DNA of 64,000 bases, taken from NCBI GenBank assembly GCA_963768855.1, contig CAVYJM010000010.1, positions 3,545 to 67,544 of the forward strand. The letters are read 5' to 3'. This DNA is from an uncultured Thermoplasmata archaeon. GTDB taxonomy: Archaea > Thermoplasmatota > Thermoplasmata > RBG-16-68-12. The notes beneath the pieces are model-generated. The model made no database searches, was not told where the DNA came from, and saw nothing but the letters and a program-made list of their open reading frames with translations. A program made the position numbers and the translations under genes. This document shows positions 52,306 through 61,690 of the stretch, piece by piece; position 1 is the stretch's first letter; each line of letters starts with the position of its first letter.

Positions 52306-53196
52306 TCACTTCCTCCCGATCACGACGAGGCCGGGCGCATCGATTCCCGGAGCGTCCATCTCGTATCCTCCGAACGTCCCCTCGACACGCCAGCCGCCCC
52401 GCTCGAACAGGGAACGGAGCTCGTGCAGGCTGTAGATGCGGTGATCCACGTCCATCGCGGCGATCCCTTCGAGGTCCTGCCCGCTCTTCCGGAAGAAGCG
52501 CCAGTGGTTGCGCATCCACGACGCGTCGAGGTCCAGGCGGCGGTCTTCGATGTGGACGAGGTCTCCGAACTCCTCCCATCCCTGGGGATCGAAGTGACGC
52601 ACGACTCGGTCGCGGTTCACGACGTAGAGGACGAAGATCCCCCCGGGACGCACGAGGTCCGCGTAGCCGCGGAGGATGGCGACGTCCGTCTCCTCGCCGT
52701 AGTAGCCCAGGGAGGTCCAGAGGTTCACGGCGGCGTCGAAGGGGCGCTCGTCCTCCGGGACGGATCGGCCGAGCTCCCGCATGTCGCCGACGCGGTACCT
52801 CGCCCGGTCTGCGACGCCCTCCCGCTCTGCGAGCTCCTGGGCGCGCCGCACATACGCGGCCGAGAGGTCGAGGCCAAGGGTCCGGTACCCGATCTTCGCC
52901 AGTCGGGTCGCGTGTCGTCCGATGCCGCACGGGACGTCCAGGACGCGTCCTCCCTCCGGGACGCCGAAGCGGTCGAGGATCGCCTTCAGATCCCGCGCCT
53001 GGGCCTCGCCCGCCTCCCATCCATGCTCGTGGATCCGGAGGAAGATCTCATCGTGATCCAGGAAGAGCTGCCGGGTCCAGTGTTCCTCCGGCACGGGAGC
53101 CGCGATGGCCTGCAGGACTATAAGCCCGCGCCGCCACCGAAGCCTATTCATGTCCGCGATCCGGTTCGGGACCGATGCAGGGATCCTCGTCCCCAT
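52306..53196 (-). CDS. Class I SAM-dependent methyltransferase (paralog 1 of a tandem pair)
   Basis: Motif I VLDVPCGIGRHATRLAKIG. The domain order is alignable with the downstream paralog. The start may be the ATG at 53151. Confidence 0.7.
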   Translation of the reverse strand: MGTRIPASVPNRIADMNRLRWRRGLIVLQAIAAPVPEEHWTRQLFLDHDEIFLRIHEHGWEAGEAQARDLKAILDRFGVPEGGRVLDVPCGIGRHATRLAKIGYRTLGLDLSAAYVRRAQELAEREGVADRARYRVGDMRELGRSVPEDERPFDAAVNLWTSLGYYGEETDVAILRGYADLVRPGGIFVLYVVNRDRVVRHFDPQGWEEFGDLVHIEDRRLDLDASWMRNHWRFFRKSGQDLEGIAAMDVDHRIYSLHELRSLFERGGWRVEGTFGGYEMDAPGIDAPGLVVIGRK

Positions 53197-55193
53197 CCCG
53201 CCATCCGCTCGATGCGGGTCTCGTCCTCTTCGTCACGACCTGGTTCACGGTCGAGGCGCTGCGCGTCTTCCTCGCGAGCGTCTATGCGATGAACGTGCTG
53301 ACGGTGAGCCTGAACGCCTCGATCCTCGCCGTCCTGCTGCTCCTCGTGCCCGCCGTGTACCTCCTCGGCCTCGCGCGCGTGCGGATTCGCGTCCTCATCG
53401 TAGGCTTCGCCGCTGCCTTCCTCGGGCTCCGGCTCCTCCTCCTTGTGCCCTGGTCGGTGGAGATCCTCACCCTCGTCAGCGGATTCGCCGTCGTCTCCTA
53501 CCTCCTGTTCTTCATCCCGTACGTCGCGTCGAACCTCCGCCTCGCGGGAGGCGGTGGCACCGTCGCGGCCGCCCTTGGGCTCGCCTTCGGGATGGACACC
53601 GCGCTGCGCGTCGTCGGGAACAGCCTGGATCCCGGGGCGACCATCTGGTCGGCGGCCTTCCTCGTCCCCCTGGGCGCCGTGGTCCTGTACCTGGTCTATC
53701 GCGGAGACTCGCCTCCTCCGAAGGGATCCGGCCCGGGCTGGAGCCGGACCGTCGGGCTCGCGGGCCTGGGATTCGGCGGGTTCCTGAGCCTGACGGCGAT
53801 TGTCCTCCTGTATCCCGCCTTCGTGGCCCGATGGACCGCGGAAGCGTTCGCGCCGTTGCTGGCGGCGGTCCTCTTGGGATTCGGGACGGGCGCCTATCTC
53901 GCGAAGATGGGCCTGGGGCCGGGCCGGCGCGCCGCGCGCTGGTCCGGCGTCCTCCAGGGGCTCGCGCTCGTGGCCGCGGTCGACCTCGGGCTGGGCGGAG
54001 GCTTCCTGACCTTCCTGCTGATCTTCTTCGCGGCGGTCGCCTCCGTCGTCGGGCTCGAGCGCATCCTCAGCGCCCTGGCCGCGGCGCGTCCCTCCGTCCG
54101 GAGCGTCGGCTGGGTCGTGTTCCTCGGCTGCGTGGTCTTCCTCTTGGCCCTCATGGCCTTCGTGTTCACCCTGACCTACGCCTACGTCCCCGCGTCGGGG
54201 CTGTGGCGCGGGCACGCACCCGTGGTGTTCTTCCTGGCCGCCGCCTGCCTCGCCGTGCCCGCGCTGCTCCTCGGAGGCGTCTCGCCGAGCGCGGCGCCGA
54301 GCCTCGCCTCCCGCCGCTGGGTGACGGGCGCCGTGGCGGTCCTCCTGATCGTCGCCGCCGGTGGGATCGTCGCGAACCCCACCGCCGGCGTGCCCGGTGC
54401 GCCCTCCGTCGGGATCCGCGTGATGTCGTACAACGTCCACCAGGGGTTCAGCGCGAACGGCACCCTCAACGTGCAGCGCATTGCGGACAACGTCCGGTAT
54501 GTCGATCCGGACATCCTGGCCCTCGAGGAGAGCGACTCGGTCCGAATCACGTCCGGCGGTGTAGACCTCGTGAACTACCTTGCGACCAGCCTCGGATACA
54601 ACGTCGCGTACGGACCGCCGACCTCCGCCCAGACGTACGGCGTCTCCATCCTCACCCATCTCCCGATCAAGGCGTGGAACTACACGCTGCTCCCGAGCCC
54701 GGGCGACAACCGCGTCGTGGTCCACGCAGTCCTCCTCGCGGGGAGCGTGGACGTCCACGTCTTCGCGGTCCACCTGGGGCTCGACGGCACGGAACGCGAC
54801 GCGCAGATTGCCGCGGTCCTCCAGCTGGCCGCTGGGTTCCCAGAACCGCGCATCCTACTCGGCGACTTCAACGCCTGTCCTTCTGGAATCTGTCCGGAAG
54901 CGGGCGCCACCGCGGACCACGTCTACGCGGACGTCAACGCCTCATGGGACGACACATGGAGGGAGGCGAACCCCACCACGCCGGTCGGCATGAGCTACAC
55001 GTACGACTCCGTGAGCCCGTACGAGCGCATTGACTACGTCTTCGTCTCGGGTGGCGTGCACGTGACTCGTGCGGCGGTCGTGGGACAGTGCACGGTCGAG
55101 GTCCTCCCCCCGATCCAGCTCACCTGCATGTTCCCTCCGGCCCGCGACGCCTCGGACCACCTACCGGTCATCGCGGACGTCACGTTCCCCTGA
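53175..55193 (+). CDS. Polytopic membrane protein with a C-terminal endonuclease/exonuclease/phosphatase (EEP) domain
   Basis: About 390 aa with 10 or more TM segments, then EEP motifs VMSYNVHQG, LALEE, LLGDFN and SDHLPV. Confidence 0.65.
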   Translation: MQGSSSPSRHPLDAGLVLFVTTWFTVEALRVFLASVYAMNVLTVSLNASILAVLLLLVPAVYLLGLARVRIRVLIVGFAAAFLGLRLLLLVPWSVEILTLVSGFAVVSYLLFFIPYVASNLRLAGGGGTVAAALGLAFGMDTALRVVGNSLDPGATIWSAAFLVPLGAVVLYLVYRGDSPPPKGSGPGWSRTVGLAGLGFGGFLSLTAIVLLYPAFVARWTAEAFAPLLAAVLLGFGTGAYLAKMGLGPGRRAARWSGVLQGLALVAAVDLGLGGGFLTFLLIFFAAVASVVGLERILSALAAARPSVRSVGWVVFLGCVVFLLALMAFVFTLTYAYVPASGLWRGHAPVVFFLAAACLAVPALLLGGVSPSAAPSLASRRWVTGAVAVLLIVAAGGIVANPTAGVPGAPSVGIRVMSYNVHQGFSANGTLNVQRIADNVRYVDPDILALEESDSVRITSGGVDLVNYLATSLGYNVAYGPPTSAQTYGVSILTHLPIKAWNYTLLPSPGDNRVVVHAVLLAGSVDVHVFAVHLGLDGTERDAQIAAVLQLAAGFPEPRILLGDFNACPSGICPEAGATADHVYADVNASWDDTWREANPTTPVGMSYTYDSVSPYERIDYVFVSGGVHVTRAAVVGQCTVEVLPPIQLTCMFPPARDASDHLPVIADVTFP

Positions 55194-55625
55194 GCCGACC
55201 GGGGCTGGCTTCTTGAACGGGAGGAGGAGTCCCTTCGGATCCTGGCTGCGGATGCGGCGCACGACTCCGGGGATCTCGGTCGACGGATAGACTTCGTCGT
55301 ACGCCGCTGTCGGCAGGGCGGCCACGTCCGGGTCCGAGGTGATGATGACCAGCACAATCTCGGGTGAGTGCGTGTCGAGGAACCGCTCGAGGAGCTCCAG
55401 CCGACCTGGGTCCGCGGCTCCTCCCGAGAGCGGCTCGATCAGGAACAGGATCGCCCCACGGCGCACGACGAGGTCCGGTGTGAATTCGACGATCGCGCCA
55501 TCAGACTGCTGGACGCGGAAATGGAGGGACCGGTGCTCGTGGGGCACGTTCTGCCGTCCCAGCTCCGCGCACAGGTCGCCCTCGAGCGGCGAGCGGGAGG
55601 CGTGCGAAGCCGGCGAGGGAACCAC
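55161..55625 (-). CDS. Hypothetical protein (154 aa)
   Basis: There is no internal ATG. A GTG sits 1 nt after the icd stop (TGAgGTG). FTPDLVV...ILFLIEP faintly resembles a PD-(D/E)xK core but lacks the Lys. Its 3' end overlaps the convergent EEP gene by 33 nt. Confidence 0.35.
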   Translation of the reverse strand: MVPSPASHASRSPLEGDLCAELGRQNVPHEHRSLHFRVQQSDGAIVEFTPDLVVRRGAILFLIEPLSGGAADPGRLELLERFLDTHSPEIVLVIITSDPDVAALPTAAYDEVYPSTEIPGVVRRIRSQDPKGLLLPFKKPAPVGSGERDVRDDR

Positions 55626-55626
55626 C

Positions 55627-56883
55627 TCATGCCTTCTGGAGTCGCTCCGCGATGGACTGGGCGAAGGCGGTCGTGCTGACCTCCTTCGACCCCGGCATTT
55701 GGCGGGCGAGGTCGTACGTGACGACCTTCGCGGCAATCGTGGCCCGCACGGCCTCGCGGAGCCGCGCCGCGGCCTCTTTCCATCCGAGGTACTCGAGCAT
55801 CATGACGCCCGCCAAGATTTCCGCGGTCGGGTTCACCTTGTCCATGCCCGCGTACTTCGGCGCGCTGCCATGGATGGGTTCGAACAGCCCGTGCGCGTCG
55901 CCGATGTTCGCTCCGGGGGCGACGCCGAGCCCGCCCACTTGGGCCGCGGCTGCGTCGCTGAGGTAGTCTCCGTTCAGGTTCGTCGTCGCGAGGACATCGT
56001 ACTCGTCCGGGCGGAGGAGGAGCTGCTGGAACATGTTGTCCGCAATCACGTCCTTGATGAGGACCTTGCCTTCCGGCGTCTTCCCATCATGCTTCTCCTG
56101 GACCTCCTTCCAGGTGATCGTGTCGTTCGGGAACTCGGTGCGCGCGAGCTCGTAGCCCCAGTCGCGGAACGCGCCCTCTGTGTACTTCATGATGTTCCCC
56201 TTGTGGACGAGGGTCACGGACCGCCGGTGGTTGTCGACCGCGAAGTGGATCGCCTTCCGGATGAGACGCTTGGACTCGTACTCGCTGATCGGCTTCACGC
56301 CGATCCCGCTGTCCTCGCGCACGTGGACGTTGAACTGGGTCCTCAGCGTCTCGACCATGAGCTTCGCCTCCGGGGAGCCCTTCGCCCATTCGATGCCCGC
56401 GTAGACGTCCTCCTCGGCCTCGCGGAAGATGATGATGTCCAGCCGCTCCGGGTGCGTCACCGGGCTCGGCACGCCGGGCATCCAGTAGATGGGTCGCACG
56501 TTCGCGTAGAGGTCGAGGGTCTGGCGGAGCGTCACATTGAGCGAGCGGAAGCCGCCCCCCACCGGCGTCGTGAGGGGTCCCTTCAGCGCCACGACGTACT
56601 CCTTGATCGCGGCAAGCGTGGCCTCCGGGAGCATGTCCCCGTACCGGAACATCGCGGTCTCGCCCGCGGGGACCGGGTACCACACGATCCGCCGCCGGCC
56701 GTGGTACGTGGTCTCGACGGCGGTGTCGATGACGCTTCGGGCGGCGCGCGTCACGTCCGGGCCGATGCCGTCCCCCTCGATGAGCGGGATGATCGGATCC
56801 TCGGGGACGCGGAGGCCCGTCTCGGTGATCAGGATCTTATGCCCCTGCGAAGGGGGCGTCAGCTTGAGGGGTTCCGTCGGCAC
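55627..56883 (-). CDS. icd: Isocitrate dehydrogenase (NADP-type, prokaryotic homodimeric family)
   Basis: RSLNVTLRQTLDLYANVRP, NLNGDYLSDAAAAQVGGLG and GSAPKYAG. Confidence 0.9.
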   Translation of the reverse strand: MPTEPLKLTPPSQGHKILITETGLRVPEDPIIPLIEGDGIGPDVTRAARSVIDTAVETTYHGRRRIVWYPVPAGETAMFRYGDMLPEATLAAIKEYVVALKGPLTTPVGGGFRSLNVTLRQTLDLYANVRPIYWMPGVPSPVTHPERLDIIIFREAEEDVYAGIEWAKGSPEAKLMVETLRTQFNVHVREDSGIGVKPISEYESKRLIRKAIHFAVDNHRRSVTLVHKGNIMKYTEGAFRDWGYELARTEFPNDTITWKEVQEKHDGKTPEGKVLIKDVIADNMFQQLLLRPDEYDVLATTNLNGDYLSDAAAAQVGGLGVAPGANIGDAHGLFEPIHGSAPKYAGMDKVNPTAEILAGVMMLEYLGWKEAAARLREAVRATIAAKVVTYDLARQMPGSKEVSTTAFAQSIAERLQKA

Positions 56884-56944
56884 GTGATCGCCAGGTCCGC
56901 AAGGCGGGTTCCTTCCTTAATGCTACCGTGTGTATCGATCCGCA

Positions 56945-58111
56945 TCACGTGCGCTGGTCGATGGGCACGTACACGTTGTCCGTCGGCCCGATGTAGTAGT
57001 CGAGGGGGCGCACGAGTCGGTTGTCCTCCCAGTACTCGATGACGTGGGCCGTCCAGCCGGCGACTCTGGAAATCGCGAAGATCGGCGTGAAGAGGTCCGT
57101 GGGGATGCCGAGCAAGTGGTACGTCAGGCCGGAGTAGAAGTCGACGTTCGGGTAGATGTGCTTCGAGGCGAGCTCCCGGACGACCGTGTCCTGGACGATC
57201 TCGGCGACCTTGAACAGATCCTCCTGTCCGCGGAGGTCGCTGAGCTGCCGCGCATACTCCCGGAGGATGAGGGCGCGCGGGTCCCAGGTCTTGTATACGC
57301 GGTGGCCGAACCCGAAGATCTTCCCGTGGTTGCGGAGGGTGTTCTGCACATACGACTCCGCGTTCTCCGGTTTCCCGATTGCGAGCATCGTCTTCAGGGC
57401 TGCCTCGTTCGCGCCGCCGTGGAGCGGTCCCTTCAGCGTGGCGACGGCCGCGACGATCGTGCTGTACAGGTCGGCGAGCGTGGAGGCCGCAACGGTCGCG
57501 GCGAACGCGGACGCGTTCATGCTGTGGTCCGCGTGCAGGATCAGGGCGACGTCCATCACCTTCGCCGACAAGCGGTCGGGCTTCCGGCCCGTGAGCATCC
57601 GGAGGAAGTCTTCCGCGATCCCGAGGCTCGGGTCCGGCGCGACGGGCCGCTTCCCCTCGCGGATCCGCTGGGCCGCCGCCACGAGGGTGGGGAACTTCCC
57701 GATCAGGCGCTGCGCCTTCCGCATGTTCGCGGCCCGCGTGGGGTCGTCCCGCTCGGCATCGAAGTTGCTCAGGTACGAGACCGCGGTGCGCAGGACGTCG
57801 ATCGGCGGCGCATCCGGGGGCATGCAGCGAAGGAGCTTCACGACCTCGGGGCCGATGCCGCGGTTCTCCGCGAACGCCTGTCTCGCCTCCCCGAGCTCCG
57901 TCTTCGTCGGCAGCCGGCCGTGGATCAGGATGTAGATGGTCTCCTCGAAGGTGGAGTGTTCCGCAAGGTCGCGGATGTCCCAGCCCCGGTACAGGAGGCG
58001 GCCCTTCACGCCGTCCACCAGGCAGATCGACGATTCCTTTACGTAGACGTCATCGAGGCCCTTCTCGATCTTCGGCTTCGCCTCGACGGTCGGCTTCTCG
58101 GTCATGTTCAC
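56945..58111 (-). CDS. gltA: Citrate synthase
   Basis: ILHADHSMNAS, GPLHGGAN and GFGHRVYKTWDPRA. Confidence 0.9.
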   Translation of the reverse strand: MNMTEKPTVEAKPKIEKGLDDVYVKESSICLVDGVKGRLLYRGWDIRDLAEHSTFEETIYILIHGRLPTKTELGEARQAFAENRGIGPEVVKLLRCMPPDAPPIDVLRTAVSYLSNFDAERDDPTRAANMRKAQRLIGKFPTLVAAAQRIREGKRPVAPDPSLGIAEDFLRMLTGRKPDRLSAKVMDVALILHADHSMNASAFAATVAASTLADLYSTIVAAVATLKGPLHGGANEAALKTMLAIGKPENAESYVQNTLRNHGKIFGFGHRVYKTWDPRALILREYARQLSDLRGQEDLFKVAEIVQDTVVRELASKHIYPNVDFYSGLTYHLLGIPTDLFTPIFAISRVAGWTAHVIEYWEDNRLVRPLDYYIGPTDNVYVPIDQRT

Positions 58112-58150
58112 GTCACACGCCTCCCCAACACGTGGCGGGGACCACCGGCC

Positions 58151-58648
58151 TCACGTCCCTGCGATGACGAGGTCCCCGTGGTGTTTGATGTACTCCACGA
58201 GGCCCCCCTCCTCCAGGATCCGCGCCATGACCGCCGGCAGGGGCGGGAACGTGAGGTCGATCCCTTTCGTCCGGTCATGGACGATCCCCTTCTCCAAATC
58301 AACGTCCAGGTCATCGCCCTCCGCGATCCGGTCCGTATCGACCACGATCGCGGGCAGGCCGATGTTGATGCAGTTGCGGTAGAAGATGCGGGCGAATGAT
58401 TTTGCGAGGACCGCCCGCGCCCCGGCAATCTTGATGATCACGGGGGCGTGCTCCCGGGAGGATCCCTTTCCGAAGTTGCGTCCTCCGACGACGAAGTCGC
58501 CGGGCTTCACCTGTGACGCGAACTCCGGTCGGGCGTCCTCGAGGACATGCTTCGCGAGTTCGGGCAGGTTGGACCGCAGATGGTAGAACCTCCCGGCGGC
58601 GATCAGGTCCGTGGAGATGTTGTCGCCGAACTTCCAGGCGCGCCCCAT
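58151..58648 (-). CDS. Aconitase-family dehydratase small subunit (LeuD/HacB-type)
   Basis: AWKFGDNISTDLI and GRNFGKGSSREHA. The start overlaps the large-subunit stop (TGATG). The substrate loop reads FYHLRS. Confidence 0.8.
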   Translation of the reverse strand: MGRAWKFGDNISTDLIAAGRFYHLRSNLPELAKHVLEDARPEFASQVKPGDFVVGGRNFGKGSSREHAPVIIKIAGARAVLAKSFARIFYRNCINIGLPAIVVDTDRIAEGDDLDVDLEKGIVHDRTKGIDLTFPPLPAVMARILEEGGLVEYIKHHGDLVIAGT

Positions 58649-59919
58649 CACTTCACCTCCCGCGGGTCCGTGATCACGCCGCGGATCGCCGTCGCGGCCG
58701 CCGTGGCCGGAGAGGCCAGATACGTGAACGCGGCCGGGTTCCCCATGCGGCCCACGTAGTTCCGGTTCGTCGTGGACAGGACGTTCTCCCCGTCGCCGGG
58801 GACGCCCAGATGGACGCCGGGGCAGGCGCCGCATCCCGGCGAGTTGATCGTCGCGCCCGCGTCGAGGAGGATCTCGAACAGCCCTTCCTTCATCGAGCGC
58901 GTGTACGCCTCCTTGGACGCCGGGACGACGATGAGCCTCGTGCCGTTCGCGACCTTCTCCCCCTTCATGTAGTTGCAGAACACCTGGATGTCCTCGTAGC
59001 GGGCGTTCGTGCACGAGCCGAGGTAGACCTGGTGGATCTTGAGGCCCTGGACGCTCGGGTCCGTGACCGGCACGACGTTGTCCTCTTGGGGCGGCCGGGC
59101 CACCATGGGCTCCAGGTCGCCCGCGTCATACGGGTGCACGACCTCGTATGAGGCGTCCGCGTCGGCGTGGATCTCCTTCCAGTCGCCTTCGCGGCCGTGC
59201 TCGCGGAGGTAGCGCTTCGTCTCTTGGTCGGACGGCTGCGGGCCGCACTTGCCCCCGCCCTCGATGGCCATGTTGGAGAGCACCATGCGTTCGGTCATGG
59301 GCATCGCGGCCCACGCGGGTCCGCCCCACTCCATGGCCTTGTACGCGGCGCCGTCCGTCTTGATGTCTCCGAGCACGCGGAGGATCAGGTCCTTGGAGAA
59401 TACGCCCGAATGGAACGCTCCGGTGACTTCGAACTTCATCGTCTCGGGCACGCGGAGCCACGTCTTTCCAAGGGCCAAGGCCACCGCGACGTCCGTGGAG
59501 CCCATCCCCGTCGCGAACGCGCCCATCGCGCCCCCCATCACGCTGTGGCTGTCCGCGCCGATGACGACATCCCAGGGGCGCACGAACTTCTCGAATGCGA
59601 CCTGGTGGCAGACGCCCTGGCCGACGTCGGAGAGGACCATGCCCGTCTTCGCAGCGAACTCCCTCAGGTAGACGTGGTCCGTCGCCAGCTCCCGCCGCGG
59701 CGGAGGGCTCGAATGGTCGATGAACACGACGGACCGCTCGGGGTTCGCGGCCTTCACGAGGTTCATCTGTTCCATCATGCGGAACGTGAGGGGTCCGGTC
59801 CCGTCCTGCACGTACGCGAGATCGACCTTGGCGATCGTGATGTCCCCCGCGTGAACGGGATGGCCTGAGGCGCGGGAGAGTACCTTCTCGACAATCGTTT
59901 GCCCCGGCATGCCTTCCAC
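58648..59919 (-). CDS. Aconitase-family dehydratase large subunit (LeuC/HacA-type)
   Basis: DLAYVQDGTG and GADSHS, with Fe-S ligand regions GSCTNARYED and SPGCGACPG. Confidence 0.85.
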   Translation of the reverse strand: MEGMPGQTIVEKVLSRASGHPVHAGDITIAKVDLAYVQDGTGPLTFRMMEQMNLVKAANPERSVVFIDHSSPPPRRELATDHVYLREFAAKTGMVLSDVGQGVCHQVAFEKFVRPWDVVIGADSHSVMGGAMGAFATGMGSTDVAVALALGKTWLRVPETMKFEVTGAFHSGVFSKDLILRVLGDIKTDGAAYKAMEWGGPAWAAMPMTERMVLSNMAIEGGGKCGPQPSDQETKRYLREHGREGDWKEIHADADASYEVVHPYDAGDLEPMVARPPQEDNVVPVTDPSVQGLKIHQVYLGSCTNARYEDIQVFCNYMKGEKVANGTRLIVVPASKEAYTRSMKEGLFEILLDAGATINSPGCGACPGVHLGVPGDGENVLSTTNRNYVGRMGNPAAFTYLASPATAAATAIRGVITDPREVK

Positions 59920-60016
59920 CGTCTTGTGGTGACCTCGCTAAAGCTCCCTGTGCTATTAAAAGTGCGGGGTGATGCCCTGCGAACTCGATTCGCGACCGCG
60001 CGGATTTCGGCGCGGC

Positions 60017-60904
60017 TCACAGTCTCAACGCGAGGGGCACGAGCGCGTCGGCCATCATGGCGACGAGGATCAGGGCGAGGTAGATGCCGGAGAACTTGTA
60101 CCCCGCCCACGCCCGCTCCTGGGTGGGGTCGCGCAGGAACCGGATCGTCAGGTACAGAAGGATTGCGCCCAGCGCGACGGCGACGACGAGGTACCCGTCG
60201 TGGAACGCATCCGTGAAGAAGAAGGCGATGCTCGCGATCGCGACGATCGCGGACGAGAGGCCGATGGCCCGGGCTGACGTGGCGGCGTCCTTCACCGCCG
60301 GCAGCATCGGAAGTCCGGCGCGCCGGTAGTCCTCCCGGTTGCGGAAGGCCAGCGCCCAGAAATGACCTGGAGTCCAGAGGAACACGAGGAGGGCGATGAG
60401 CGCCGCGGGCAGGCTGATCGCGTTTGCGGCCGCGGCGGATCCGGCGAGGGCCGGGCAGGATCCCGCGAATCCCCCGATGACGATGTTGCTGATGTGGGTC
60501 CGCTTCAGGCCCAGGGTGTACACGCCGACGTACACGGCGAATCCGAGGCCGATCATGGCGGCCGTCAGCGGGTTGATCGCCACGTACGCCATGCCGAGCG
60601 CGAGGGCCGTGAGCCCGAGTCCGAACACGAGGGCGCGCGTCGCGGGGTCGATGCGGCGGGCCGGGAGCGGGCGGGTCGAGGTGCGCCGCATGACCGCATC
60701 GATGTCGCGGTCGATGTAGTGGTTCACGGCGCTCGCTCCGCTGCTCGCGAGGAGTCCCGTGAGCATCAGCAGCCCCAGGGCGGCCGGGTCGATGCGGGGG
60801 CCGCTCGTCGCCACATACCCCGCTGCGGCCACGAGGAGTAGGAGCGCGTCGATGCGCAGTTTCATGAGTTGAACATAATCATCGAGGGACAAGGTCGGTC
60901 GCAA
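60017..60904 (-). CDS. ctaB: Protoheme IX farnesyltransferase (heme O synthase, UbiA family)
   Basis: NHYIDRDIDAVMRRTSTRPLP plus about 8 TM segments. The ORF opens with TTG at 60904; the ATG at 60865 is the alternative start. Confidence 0.8.
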   Translation of the reverse strand: MRPTLSLDDYVQLMKLRIDALLLLVAAAGYVATSGPRIDPAALGLLMLTGLLASSGASAVNHYIDRDIDAVMRRTSTRPLPARRIDPATRALVFGLGLTALALGMAYVAINPLTAAMIGLGFAVYVGVYTLGLKRTHISNIVIGGFAGSCPALAGSAAAANAISLPAALIALLVFLWTPGHFWALAFRNREDYRRAGLPMLPAVKDAATSARAIGLSSAIVAIASIAFFFTDAFHDGYLVVAVALGAILLYLTIRFLRDPTQERAWAGYKFSGIYLALILVAMMADALVPLALRL

Positions 60905-60939
60905 CCCGCGCCAAACCTCTTGCTGTTCTTAATCCTTTG

Positions 60940-61650
60940 TTACCCACTCCGCGCGGCTGGTCTCCCGGGACGCGCTCCTCGTCGGGCTCCGCGCTGACGG
61001 GCGCGGTACCAGTCGCAGTCGCGACGCACGGGACACGCATTGCAGAGGGGATTGCGGGCGCGGCAGAGCTCGCGTCCGTGCGCGATGATCGCGAGATGCC
61101 AGGCCATCCGTTTCGCGGGCGGCGTCCAAGCCTCGAGGGCGGCGCGGGTGGCTTCGTAGTCCGAGCGGTCGACGATGCACCATCGTCGGGCGATCCGGGC
61201 GATGTGAGTGTCCACCGGGAACGTGGGATGGTCCCCTGCCATGGCGAGGACCACATCGGCGGTCTTCGGTCCGACCCCCGGGAGCGACATCAAGGCGTCC
61301 CGCGCCTCGCGCGTCGGCAGGGCGAGGACAGGGTCCAGGGAGCCGCCCCAGCGCTGCCTCACTTCACGTGCGCAGGCACGGATCCGCGGGGCCTTCTGGC
61401 GTGCGAGCCCTGCGTGCCAGATAGCCTTCGCGATCGTGAATTCCGAGGCCGCCACGACCGAGTCAGGCGTGATGCGTCCCAACGCCCGCCTCAACCCGTC
61501 GAGGCCGCGTCGTTCGTTTGCGACGGTCGTGCTTTGCGAGAGGATCGTGGAGACCAGGGCCTCGAACGGACTCATCTCTGCAGCCCAGTCCACCGGCGGA
61601 TGGCGCCGCTCGAGCGTCCGCATCGTCCTCCGGAACGCCCTGCGGTCCAC
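60940..61650 (-). CDS. nth: Endonuclease III (DNA glycosylase/AP lyase)
   Basis: HhH-GPD LMSLPGVGPKTADVVL, a catalytic D in VDTHIARI and the [4Fe-4S] cluster loop CRARNPLCNACPVRRDC. Confidence 0.85.
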   Translation of the reverse strand: MDRRAFRRTMRTLERRHPPVDWAAEMSPFEALVSTILSQSTTVANERRGLDGLRRALGRITPDSVVAASEFTIAKAIWHAGLARQKAPRIRACAREVRQRWGGSLDPVLALPTREARDALMSLPGVGPKTADVVLAMAGDHPTFPVDTHIARIARRWCIVDRSDYEATRAALEAWTPPAKRMAWHLAIIAHGRELCRARNPLCNACPVRRDCDWYRARQRGARRGARPGRPAARSG

Positions 61651-61690
61651 GGAGTCGCAACCCGCCCGCGCGAGATAAAGGCCTGGGCTC

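Noticed and set aside
55161-55736. The full 191-aa ORF as listed, whose N-terminal 37 codons overlap the icd 3' end.
   Set aside because: The overlapping part is Arg/Ser/Pro-rich shadow sequence. A GTG 1 nt after the icd stop gives a compact 154-aa product, which I kept as a low-confidence CDS.
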